Virus record (IMG/VR): IMGVR_UViG_3300045526_000100
Location: 1 to 31,325 of that record
DNA from: a virus
Lineage: Duplodnaviria > Caudoviricetes
DNA: 31,325 nt
Strand: one strand, 5' to 3'
This document shows positions 15,436-23,713 of the stretch, piece after piece. The notes below the pieces were generated by a model that worked only from the letters and a program-made list of their open reading frames with translations, was not told where the DNA came from and searched no databases. A program made the position numbers and the translations under genes. The number at the start of each line of letters is the position of its first letter. Within the stretch, counting starts at the first letter, position 1.

Positions 15436-17756
15436 TGGCTATTGACATTCGCGCCACGGTCACCTGCAGCCTCGGCACGCTGATCAGCGGCAGCATCAGT
15501 GATGACTACATCCAGGGCAGCGGCCTCGTCAAAACGCGAGGCAGCATCGAGCTGAACGGCATTGTCACCCCAGCCGAGGGCACGGTTGTGACCTTCAGCT
15601 ACACCAAGGGAGGTGTGACACGGACGATCCCTCGCAAGCTGCGGGTGATGAGCAGCTTTGCCGATCCGTTCCGCCGTACCACCAAGGTGGAGTTGGGGTG
15701 CAAGCTGACGTACCTGTCCGACCTGAAGCCCGCACCAACGGTTGAGGGTGACTCAGACACAGAGACCGGCAAGCGTCAGCAGTGCCTCAACGGGTACTTG
15801 GAGTACCCAGCCGATGCACCGTATGGCGTGCCGATCTCGGCTGCTGACCTTATGAACCGCTGCCTGACACGGCTTGGCATCACGGCAAGCAGCAACCCGC
15901 TGACCAACAGGTTCAGCCAGGACACCTTTGACATGACCCCTGGCTACGTGACGATACTGGGGGATCTGCTTCTGTCGGAGAGCTACTGCGGCTATCTGAA
16001 CAGCAACGAGGTGCTGCAGGTGTTCTCGCTGGATCAGAGCGGCGGCACTGGCCCTGTAGTGGATTCCAGCAAGATCATTGATCTGGAGGGCATTGGCTTG
16101 GGGGATCGCCCTGGCGATGCAGTGGTGGTCAGGTATCAGTCCCTTAAGTACAAGGAGGACCTGGAGACCGAGGACACCACCTCCAACGACTACAAGCTGC
16201 GGAACTGGGAGTATGAGGAGAGCACGGGTGACCCTGAGTTTCAGTCAGTCGCATACACAACGAGTTCTGGCGTCAATGCCGTCGCCACTTACGGCTACAC
16301 GCCGTTTACCAGCACAGTTACGGAGTACGGAGAGGATCTGAGCTGGGATGACGATGTGTGCGTCATCTCAAGCATCGTGGGTGAGCGCCCTGATCTGAGT
16401 AACTCCGTTATCAGACGCACTACAAACACCCGAGTGCTCAAAGCTAGGGCGGCTACGGACTATTGCGCTCAACTGCTCGCGGCTGGGATTGATCCGGGTG
16501 GCGGCATTATTGGAACAATAACGGAGATTGAGGAATACGAGTACGACAGCAAAGGGTCTGTAGTCAGACAGACCAATAAGACCTATGAACCGTTCTACGC
16601 TTGGGTAGGGCGAATGAATCTGACGGTGGTGTTTTCGGGTGGCGGCGGGGCCGTCACGTTACCGAATACACAGGTTCTGGTCAGGGAAGTAATCACTGAA
16701 ATTGAGACGCTCTACGCACCAAGGCCCACGGGGTTTACCGTGCAAGCTGGAGAGAGGCTAGAGCCGTCGATAGCCGGCGAAAAACGTGTCACCACCAGCC
16801 GCGTCAACTGGGGACTGACCCAGCAGGGTTCCAATGGGATCGCGGGCAGGAAGGAGAACAGTCCTTTTACAACTGCGCAGCAGCTAGCGGATTACCTCAA
16901 CAACATCTCAACGACGATGGTGTTTGAGGATCAAGCCATCCAGACCAACCGAAACCGAGTCACGGCCTCTGTTGAGACACGGCCTGCAGCCTCAGATCGA
17001 CTGATCAACTCGACATCAGCGCAGAACAATACCGAGTCCACCAGTGAGCTGATCTACGCCACAGGCTCAGCGTTGGGGGAGCGGATCATTGAGCTGTCAA
17101 TGCCGTACCAGAGCGATGACTATTACACCGCCACTGGCACGCTGGTGAAGGGTGACGCAGCTGCTAAGGCATCGCGGTATGGGCGTTGCCAGAACCGTCT
17201 GCTGTTGGGCAACCGTTATGGGATGAACCTGCAGCTGGCGCCGGAGACGCTGCCAGCCGCACCGTTCTCCCCCATCGTTGTCCAGGCCAATGGCCTTAGC
17301 GCGTTGTACCGGGTCAACGGCACCAACTGGCAGCTGAGCAGCGACGGCGTGCTGGTGAGCACCGATGCGCTGTTCTGGGGTGCAGTCGGCGGCACGGGGA
17401 CGTTCTGGTTCCCCGTCGCACCTGGCGTCACAACCTTGCCCACCACGCCACCTGTGGTGAGTGGTGAGATGACGGTGAGCAACGTGGTGCCGGTATGGAA
17501 CGAGACGGTGCTGGCAACCGGCAGCGTGCGCGTAGGCGTAGGGGTGCAGCGGCTGGGGTATGCGTTGGAGGTGCTGACGCAGGTGAGCGTTGCGTCGAGG
17601 ATTAACGTCAGCAATCAACGGATTTTCCACGTGAACGTGCCGGTCACGGCATCGTTCACTTTGGCTGCTCTGGCACCCAGGGCCCCCGGCAGTCTGCAGC
17701 TGCGCCCACCATCCGCGAACATTGCCGTGACAGCCCTTGCGCCCATCGCTCCTTGA
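15435..17756 (+). CDS. Large tail / baseplate hub-like protein (773 aa)
   Basis: Coupled to the previous gene (TGATG); Thr/Ser-rich virion-type composition; position in the tail module. Confidence 0.65.
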   Translation: MAIDIRATVTCSLGTLISGSISDDYIQGSGLVKTRGSIELNGIVTPAEGTVVTFSYTKGGVTRTIPRKLRVMSSFADPFRRTTKVELGCKLTYLSDLKPAPTVEGDSDTETGKRQQCLNGYLEYPADAPYGVPISAADLMNRCLTRLGITASSNPLTNRFSQDTFDMTPGYVTILGDLLLSESYCGYLNSNEVLQVFSLDQSGGTGPVVDSSKIIDLEGIGLGDRPGDAVVVRYQSLKYKEDLETEDTTSNDYKLRNWEYEESTGDPEFQSVAYTTSSGVNAVATYGYTPFTSTVTEYGEDLSWDDDVCVISSIVGERPDLSNSVIRRTTNTRVLKARAATDYCAQLLAAGIDPGGGIIGTITEIEEYEYDSKGSVVRQTNKTYEPFYAWVGRMNLTVVFSGGGGAVTLPNTQVLVREVITEIETLYAPRPTGFTVQAGERLEPSIAGEKRVTTSRVNWGLTQQGSNGIAGRKENSPFTTAQQLADYLNNISTTMVFEDQAIQTNRNRVTASVETRPAASDRLINSTSAQNNTESTSELIYATGSALGERIIELSMPYQSDDYYTATGTLVKGDAAAKASRYGRCQNRLLLGNRYGMNLQLAPETLPAAPFSPIVVQANGLSALYRVNGTNWQLSSDGVLVSTDALFWGAVGGTGTFWFPVAPGVTTLPTTPPVVSGEMTVSNVVPVWNETVLATGSVRVGVGVQRLGYALEVLTQVSVASRINVSNQRIFHVNVPVTASFTLAALAPRAPGSLQLRPPSANIAVTALAPIAP

Positions 17757-17765
17757 TACTCCGCA

Positions 17766-17776
17766 GGTAACCTAGG
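17766..17776 (+). promoter_or_regulatory. Recurrent motif GGTAACCTAGG
   Basis: 16 nt upstream of the ATG at 17793. Confidence 0.6.
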
Positions 17777-17792
17777 GAGTCTCCGGCTAGCT

Positions 17793-18236
17793 ATGCCCGT
17801 AACTGTTTCACAGTTCGACCACAACGCGCAGAGGTTTGCCTCTGGCGCAAACAGCAGCAGCGATGTCTACAGGGTAGCACTTTATACCAGTGCTACGTTT
17901 TTGGCGTCTGCAACGACGTTAGCCGGCATCACCAAGACCGAAGTAGCGACTGGCAATGGATATACGTCTGGAACAGGCGGGGGCGTGCAGCTTACTACTG
18001 TAACTATTACTCAGGTTACAACTAACGACGCCAAGTTTAGCGCCAGCAATATAAGCTGGACCGTACCTGCGGGAGGAAGCCTATCCGCTGCATACGCTAT
18101 TTTATACAATGACACGGATAGCGGTGACCCTCCTTTGTTATTCATGGACTTTGGCGGCACGCAAACCGTAACGGACGGGGGTATCTTTCAGATCATCTGG
18201 GATGCCAACGGCATCTTTACCTTCACGGTGACTTGA
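17793..18236 (+). CDS. Virion structural protein (147 aa), paralog of 23271-23690
   Basis: Motifs RVALYT, TEVATGNGYT and AILYNDT; C-terminal IIWDANGIFT is shared with the 23271 ORF. Confidence 0.7.
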   Translation: MPVTVSQFDHNAQRFASGANSSSDVYRVALYTSATFLASATTLAGITKTEVATGNGYTSGTGGGVQLTTVTITQVTTNDAKFSASNISWTVPAGGSLSAAYAILYNDTDSGDPPLLFMDFGGTQTVTDGGIFQIIWDANGIFTFTVT

Positions 18237-18237
18237 T

Positions 18238-18642
18238 ATGGCCCAAACCACCAGCATCAGCCAGCAGGAACTTAAGCGTGTGGCGGGCTTGGCCTATGAG
18301 GGCCAGACACTAAAGGTCATGCTGTGCTCAGTAGGCACCAGCGGTTACACGGCCGAGAGCACTGTGGCTAACTGGCAGTCGGTGGAGCAGTCGGGCAATG
18401 GCTACGTGCGCTATTCCACCACCATTGGCACTGGGGCCTACGACGCGCTGACTGCGAAGTACAAGCTGCCGGATGTGGATGCAGCCTTCACCGCCACGGG
18501 TGCGGGGTACAACTATGACCGCGTGGTGCTGTATATCGACACAGTGACGTATCCGTATGCGGTGATTGCAGAGAGCCCCAACATCGTGATGTCTGCTGGC
18601 CAGACACAGACGTACCGCCTGAGCTTGAACACCGACGACTGA
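18238..18642 (+). CDS. Virion structural protein (134 aa), distant paralog of the 17793 ORF
   Basis: LKVMLC...EQSGNGY...FTATG...VVLY pattern parallels the neighbouring paralogs. Confidence 0.65.
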   Translation: MAQTTSISQQELKRVAGLAYEGQTLKVMLCSVGTSGYTAESTVANWQSVEQSGNGYVRYSTTIGTGAYDALTAKYKLPDVDAAFTATGAGYNYDRVVLYIDTVTYPYAVIAESPNIVMSAGQTQTYRLSLNTDD

Positions 18643-20048
18643 TGAGCACGCAGATCAACGTCACGGTTGATTCCGGTGGTCTGGCAGACGAGGACAAGCA
18701 ACAGCGCCAGTCAATGCGCTGGGCGAAGCTAGAGAAAGATGGCAAGTCCTTGGTCTACAGGACTGGCTTGGACGAACGCGGCAAGGCGCTGAATCAGCAG
18801 GGCAAGGACCCCACCGGCAAGCCAAAACCGAGCACACCAGCGCCTGTGCTGCGCAGGGATGAGCCGGCGGCGTTCAGGTTCGGCAAGACGCTTCCTTATT
18901 TTTACTTTTTGGCTGACTATGACAGTACAACAGGTAGCTGGACCTATACGATTACTAGCGGCAATAGAAATCTGACTCAAACCTACGTCTCCCCTGCACT
19001 TGTTACAATAGAGAACGCAAATCTGGGCACACGGGACACAAGTAAAACGGGGTTTGCTAGTGAAATCTTGATAAACTATGGCACGGGCACAGGGCTATAC
19101 CCCGACCTTATTAGGCAGTTGCGCAGAGGGACAGAGATAGACTACAGTACTTACTCATCAGATCGCCGAGTGAGCTGGTGCGCTCCGTTAGGCAATGGTA
19201 AAGCCATTTTGGTTATCAAGCACGCAGGATATGTTGAAAGAACAGACTGGACACACATAACGTATTACGACCGATATGTCAACTTTGACAACACTTTTAA
19301 TGCCAGCCATTTTATTAGCTTTGAGAAGACCTACACTGATAACCCGATACAGACCTGGGATGAGGCCAAGGCATACATAGTTGGCTATGATAGTCTTCAA
19401 GAAATAACCGTGCCGCCTGCCCTGAACGCCGCGCTAAATACCGGCTTCTGGGGGCCTGTTAACCAGGAAAGTGGGTCCTATGGCCTTAGCGAGTATGTTG
19501 TGGATTCCATAGGTAATAAAATCGGCTACCCAGTAGACGGAGATCCAATTCTTGAAGTCTCCTACACCGGCTTTGTATATTCTCAAAACCCTAACGACGA
19601 GGGTAATTACGATATTACCTTTTTGCCCCAAAACTATGGCTTCAGGACGGGACTGTACAGGGCTTTCACACCCATAAATTGGTATCAGCTTGATACCTCT
19701 GTTAGGTACGCGCTTAGGGTAGCTTTAGTGGGCCCCAGCGATAGTGCTAAGCACGATGCTTACAGACCCCAAACGATTGACGGCGTATCCGTCGCCACCG
19801 CTATCGGCACAAAGTACATGGCAGTCTTTGACAACAATCAACTAGTAGACCGCAACCCCTATAAATGGCTTGGAGACGCACCAACAGGCACAGGGTATCC
19901 ATCACTGACTGCCACGCCGGTACGATGGGAGAAAGACAGCTCCACAAAGATAAAGAAGCAAGCAGCTTCCCAAGGAGGGCAATGCTTTATCTACGACTGG
20001 GGTAACCCTGGATTCTGCCGACAGCAAGCCGCTAAGTACGGACTATGA
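18642..20048 (+). CDS. Putative tail / receptor-binding protein (468 aa)
   Basis: Coupled start (TGATG). GC-rich N-terminus followed by a Tyr/Thr-rich, lower-GC body. Confidence 0.6.
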   Translation: MSTQINVTVDSGGLADEDKQQRQSMRWAKLEKDGKSLVYRTGLDERGKALNQQGKDPTGKPKPSTPAPVLRRDEPAAFRFGKTLPYFYFLADYDSTTGSWTYTITSGNRNLTQTYVSPALVTIENANLGTRDTSKTGFASEILINYGTGTGLYPDLIRQLRRGTEIDYSTYSSDRRVSWCAPLGNGKAILVIKHAGYVERTDWTHITYYDRYVNFDNTFNASHFISFEKTYTDNPIQTWDEAKAYIVGYDSLQEITVPPALNAALNTGFWGPVNQESGSYGLSEYVVDSIGNKIGYPVDGDPILEVSYTGFVYSQNPNDEGNYDITFLPQNYGFRTGLYRAFTPINWYQLDTSVRYALRVALVGPSDSAKHDAYRPQTIDGVSVATAIGTKYMAVFDNNQLVDRNPYKWLGDAPTGTGYPSLTATPVRWEKDSSTKIKKQAASQGGQCFIYDWGNPGFCRQQAAKYGL

Positions 20049-20182
20049 CCACCCCAAACCCAAAGCCAGTCAACCCCCAGGCGCTTAGCGAAGCGGCCAA
20101 GGCTCAGACCGCTGCCAATCGCTACGGGCTGCTCCGCAAGTCCGCAGATGCACGGTTGCTCAACCAGATCAAGCAAAGCTAA
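20045..20182 (+). CDS. Small hypothetical protein (45 aa, not in the ORF track)
   Basis: ATGA overlap with the previous stop. MTTPNPKPVNPQALSEAAKAQTAANRYGLLRKSADARLLNQIKQS. Confidence 0.55.
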   Translation: MTTPNPKPVNPQALSEAAKAQTAANRYGLLRKSADARLLNQIKQS

Positions 20183-20219
20183 GCCCGCTAGGCTAACTAC
20201 ATAACTACGTCACAGCTTT

Positions 20220-20786
20220 ATGCTGTCTTTCGTCAGACCGCCCGCACCGACAAAGAAGCGGTTGATCGGCAATGATCAAGTCGGCGTGCTGGAGGTCGAG
20301 GAGCGCGGGGGCCTGACTGTTGGTGAGAGCGCCACCATCTCTGAGTTATTAGCGGATGAACAGAGCAGCTTTGTCCGCGGCGCTCAGATCGCTGATCAGA
20401 TTGCTACAGAGGAGCAGATCACGCTGAGCGAGGCGTTCTCCATCGTGGAGAAGGCGATCAGCGGTCAGGTGCTGGAGGAGAAGGCAGAAGCGATCCGCTT
20501 GAAGCACGCCGAGCGCATTAGCGAAGTAGCACGGGTGTACGCCCTAGCGGGTCAACGCAACCTTGAGGCCACCGTTACCGCCATCATCCGTAGCCGTTGT
20601 GGTGCTCCGGAGTGGTCGATGGATGACACCCGCAATCTGGCCAAGCCGTTGTTTGACGGGATCTGGGAGCTGGCGCAAGCCGAGAGCAAAGCGGAGGACA
20701 TGCCGTCAGAAGCGCCAAGTGCTGAGGAGCTGGGAAAGCAGCGGCGGGGACGTGGCAGAAGCCCCGCACCGACTGGGCAGCCATAG
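20220..20786 (+). CDS. Tail assembly chaperone (gpG-like, 188 aa)
   Basis: Acidic helical protein with a G GGA AAG slippery heptamer in phase near its 3' end. Confidence 0.7.
   Translation: MLSFVRPPAPTKKRLIGNDQVGVLEVEERGGLTVGESATISELLADEQSSFVRGAQIADQIATEEQITLSEAFSIVEKAISGQVLEEKAEAIRLKHAERISEVARVYALAGQRNLEATVTAIIRSRCGAPEWSMDDTRNLAKPLFDGIWELAQAESKAEDMPSEAPSAEELGKQRRGRGRSPAPTGQP
20732..20738 (+). other. Programmed -1 ribosomal frameshift site GGGAAAG
   Basis: Codons CTG GGA AAG give X XXY YYZ phase, the same heptamer as lambda G/GT. The -1 frame is open from here to 21394. Confidence 0.8.
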
Positions 20787-21394
20787 CGTTTGAGCTGTTC
20801 AGCGGCTATCCAGGCCAGTACCAACGCCATACCTTCCACCGCGAGCTGCGGCAGGAGGTGTTATCAGCGTGGCGTGAGCTGAGCCGAATCCGCCGTGATG
20901 CCGCGGCCATTGCTGAGCTACCAACGGCTCAGCTCATGGCACTCACCGCCAACCTCAACCGCGACACGCGCAAGAAGACCGAGCCATTTACGGCTGCGGA
21001 CTTCGCTTGCTACCGCGACCGTGAACGCCCTGAGGACGCGTTCACACCGGAGGTGGCATCGGTGGCGCTAGAGCTACGGGCCGAGAACAACGCCCCGAAA
21101 CTGCTGCTGGCGGTATGGCCGCAGATCCTGGCGAGTGCCAAGTCTGGGGTGACACCAGAGCCGCTGGAGGTGCGGGCGTACCGCACCGACGACGAGGCGG
21201 TGTGGGTGTTGGCACCCAAGTGGGAAGGCAAGCACTGCCGTGGCGGGTTGGTGCTTGTGCGGGGGCGTGTCACCGGAGAGGTGACAGTGCGCGACATTGA
21301 CAAGCCCTTGATCACGCACCGACTGAAGGTGCCCGACAAGCCAGGCGCCGGCTGGATCGAGGCAGGCTGCCTGCTGTTGGCGGCGGAATCCTAG
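20738..21394 (+). CDS. Tail chaperone frameshift extension (gpT-like part; fusion about 391 aa)
   Basis: The -1 frame reads AAAGTWQKPRTDWAAIAFELF... continuously into ORF 20858-21394, which includes ANLNRDTRKKTEPFTAADF. Confidence 0.7.
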   Translation, partial: AAAGTWQKPRTDWAAIAFELFSGYPGQYQRHTFHRELRQEVLSAWRELSRIRRDAAAIAELPTAQLMALTANLNRDTRKKTEPFTAADFACYRDRERPEDAFTPEVASVALELRAENNAPKLLLAVWPQILASAKSGVTPEPLEVRAYRTDDEAVWVLAPKWEGKHCRGGLVLVRGRVTGEVTVRDIDKPLITHRLKVPDKPGAGWIEAGCLLLAAES

Positions 21395-21395
21395 G
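21385..21395 (+). promoter_or_regulatory. Recurrent motif variant GGAATCCTAGG
   Basis: 3 nt upstream of the ATG at 21399. Confidence 0.5.
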
Positions 21396-21398
21396 CAC

Positions 21399-21809
21399 AT
21401 GGATGTGCTCACCCTGCGCCAGGAGTTAGAGAGCCTGCTCGTTGATGAGCTGGGTCGCTACACGCTGGGCAATGGTGCGATCACCCCTGCTGTAGCGGTA
21501 CGGGCCACGGGTGAACCAATGCCTGCCGGCACCCGCGTGGAGGGTGTGGAGCTGATCATTCGCCGCAACCCAGACGTGGAGCCGATCAACGCCTACCAGC
21601 GGGAGGTGGCGTTGCGTAAATGGCGGGTGTTCCTTGTGGATTGGGAAGGCGACCACAACTTGGATCAGCTGGCGGGGCGTGTGGTGTACGCCTATCCGGG
21701 GTCTGAGGTGCAGACGATCAACGTCCCTGAGGGTGCGGGGCCAAAGCATCAGGTGCGGGTGGTGATCACCACCGGCCCTGACGGGCTGATCGGTGACGGC
21801 GCCAGCTAG
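21399..21809 (+). CDS. Hypothetical virion protein, possibly the tail terminator (136 aa)
   Basis: Clean ORF with a motif upstream. The function is a guess from size and the lack of another terminator candidate. Confidence 0.5.
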   Translation: MDVLTLRQELESLLVDELGRYTLGNGAITPAVAVRATGEPMPAGTRVEGVELIIRRNPDVEPINAYQREVALRKWRVFLVDWEGDHNLDQLAGRVVYAYPGSEVQTINVPEGAGPKHQVRVVITTGPDGLIGDGAS

Positions 21810-21811
21810 GG

Positions 21812-21822
21812 GGAAATCTCGG
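21812..21822 (+). promoter_or_regulatory. Recurrent motif GGAAATCTCGG
   Basis: Identical to the 2718 copy; 2 nt upstream of the ATG at 21825. Confidence 0.6.
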
Positions 21823-21824
21823 AT

Positions 21825-22181
21825 ATGCCAGCTACTACGCCTGCAACGCTGAATATCCGGCCACAAAGGCGGGCGGACTATGTGCTGCGGCTGGTGCTGA
21901 AGGACGGTGATGGAGTGGCCCTGAACCTGGCGGGCTACTCAATCTATGCGAGTGTCTGGAACAAGGATCGAGACATCAAATACGGCGACTTTGTAAGCAC
22001 CGTCATTAGCGCAGCTACAGGCACGGTTGAGCTGAAGATGGGTTACGCGATAACAGCAACACTGCCTCTTAGCACCAGTGGCCATGCGTACTACGACGTG
22101 ATGCTGGTGGATCCGAGTGGAAATCGCACCTATGTGTTGGAGGGTTTGGTCCGAGCGTCTGAGGGGTACACAACGCCATAG
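21825..22181 (+). CDS. Small Ig-like adaptor protein (BppU N-terminal-like)
   Basis: LNLAGYS...GTVEL...YYDVMLVDPSG...VLEG pattern typical of phage fibre-anchoring domains. Confidence 0.6.
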   Translation: MPATTPATLNIRPQRRADYVLRLVLKDGDGVALNLAGYSIYASVWNKDRDIKYGDFVSTVISAATGTVELKMGYAITATLPLSTSGHAYYDVMLVDPSGNRTYVLEGLVRASEGYTTP

Positions 22182-22183
22182 CG

Positions 22184-23236
22184 ATGACCACTGAAGTAGG
22201 GCTGCAGATCATTGAGGTCACCGCTACCCCCGCTCCGGTGGTGGTTGAGGTCGTCGTACCGGGTCCCCAAGGCCCCGCTGGCACCAGCACGGATCTCACC
22301 GATGTGGATGTGCTGGGGTTTGACACGTCGGCGGGCGAGAGCGTTACGACAGGGCAGGTGGCATGGAACAGCCTTGAGGGGACGCTGGATGTCGGGGCCT
22401 CGGGCGTTACCTATCAGCTGGGGCAGGAGCTGAGCTTCCGCTGTAAGAACGTTTCAGCCGACCCGATTCTCAACGGTGAGGCAGTGATGTTTATGGGTGC
22501 CGACGCCAGCACAGGCCACATCGAGGTGGCCCACATGATTGCGGATGGCACGTTGCCGGGTTATGTGTTCTTTGGGGTAGCGACAGAGGTCATTGGTGTT
22601 GGCGGGTTGGGATATGTGACGACGCTCGGCAAGGTGCGAGGTGTAGATACCAGCGCCTATGCCGACGACGCCACGCTGTACTGCGACCCCAGCAACCCAG
22701 GCAGTTTTACGGAGACAGAGCCAAACGCCCCCAACCTCAAGCTGCTGGTGGCTGCAGTCGTCAAATCACATCCAACAGAGGGGATTCTGTTTGTCAGGAG
22801 CAACAACGGTCAGCGGTTGCAGGACTGCCATGACGTTGATGTCACGACTGTTAGCGACGGGGATGTGCTGACTTGGGTGGACGCGCAGAACCGTTGGGAG
22901 CACCGCCCACCTGCCAATGGTCCTGCTCCGAGGAGTATCACGATTGCGGGGCCGCTGGCAGGGGATAGCTTCACGCTGTTCCGTACCACGGTTGAGACGA
23001 CCGTGGAGAGCGTGACGGCATTGGTCTCTGGCGGTTCAGTGGCGTATGAGATCCGCTATGCCACTGACCGCAGCACCGCCGGCACCCTTGCGGCCAGTGA
23101 CACAGTGACCAACACCACCACTGGGGACAGTGCCACGCTTCAGAACCAGCCGATCCCAGCTGGCCGCTACGTGTGGGTGCAGGTCACAGCGGTAACCGGC
23201 ACCGTCAACGAGTTCAACCTGTCTATCGGCTTCTAA
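22184..23236 (+). CDS. Fibre-like structural protein (350 aa)
   Basis: VVPGPQGPAG collagen-like hinge; LQDCHDVDV...DGDVLTW...RWE fibre repeat unit. Confidence 0.65.
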   Translation: MTTEVGLQIIEVTATPAPVVVEVVVPGPQGPAGTSTDLTDVDVLGFDTSAGESVTTGQVAWNSLEGTLDVGASGVTYQLGQELSFRCKNVSADPILNGEAVMFMGADASTGHIEVAHMIADGTLPGYVFFGVATEVIGVGGLGYVTTLGKVRGVDTSAYADDATLYCDPSNPGSFTETEPNAPNLKLLVAAVVKSHPTEGILFVRSNNGQRLQDCHDVDVTTVSDGDVLTWVDAQNRWEHRPPANGPAPRSITIAGPLAGDSFTLFRTTVETTVESVTALVSGGSVAYEIRYATDRSTAGTLAASDTVTNTTTGDSATLQNQPIPAGRYVWVQVTAVTGTVNEFNLSIGF

Positions 23237-23240
23237 GCGC

Positions 23241-23251
23241 GGAAACCTAGG
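23241..23251 (+). promoter_or_regulatory. Recurrent motif GGAAACCTAGG (consensus copy)
   Basis: 19 nt upstream of the ATG at 23271. Confidence 0.6.
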
Positions 23252-23270
23252 CCACTGCTCAGCCGATTAA

Positions 23271-23690
23271 ATGGCCACCTTCAACAAGTTCAACTCGTTT
23301 GTCGAGGCCCTGGCCGAGAAGGTGCATAACCTTGGCAGCGACACGCTGACAGTGGCACTGACCAACACGCTGCCGGTGAGCACCAACACGCAGCTGAGTA
23401 ACATCACCCAGATCAGCTACACCAACATCCAGAACGGCGCGACCACGGGCCGTGACCTGACTGGTGTGACCTCGGCGCAGACCAGCGGCAGCTACAAGCT
23501 GGATGCCAACGATCTGGTGCTCACTGCCACGGGCACGGTGCCGACGTTCCGCTACGTGGTGCTCTACAACAACACCGCCACCAACGATGAGCTGATTGGT
23601 TGGTACGACTACGGCGCTGCTGTTGACCTGCTGAACGGCGAGACGTTCACGATCACCTGGGACGCTAACGGCATCCTGACTCTGAGCTGA
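23271..23690 (+). CDS. Virion structural protein (139 aa)
   Basis: Strong codon bias; C-terminal ETFTITWDANGILT shared with the 17793 ORF. Confidence 0.75.
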   Translation: MATFNKFNSFVEALAEKVHNLGSDTLTVALTNTLPVSTNTQLSNITQISYTNIQNGATTGRDLTGVTSAQTSGSYKLDANDLVLTATGTVPTFRYVVLYNNTATNDELIGWYDYGAAVDLLNGETFTITWDANGILTLS

Positions 23691-23713
23691 AGCTGACCTA
23701 AGGAGGCGGGACC

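Noticed and set aside
23691-23702. AGCTGACCTAAG as another late-motif copy
   Set aside because: It is a poor match at the GG-x-AA positions and overlaps a clear Shine-Dalgarno (AAGGAGG).
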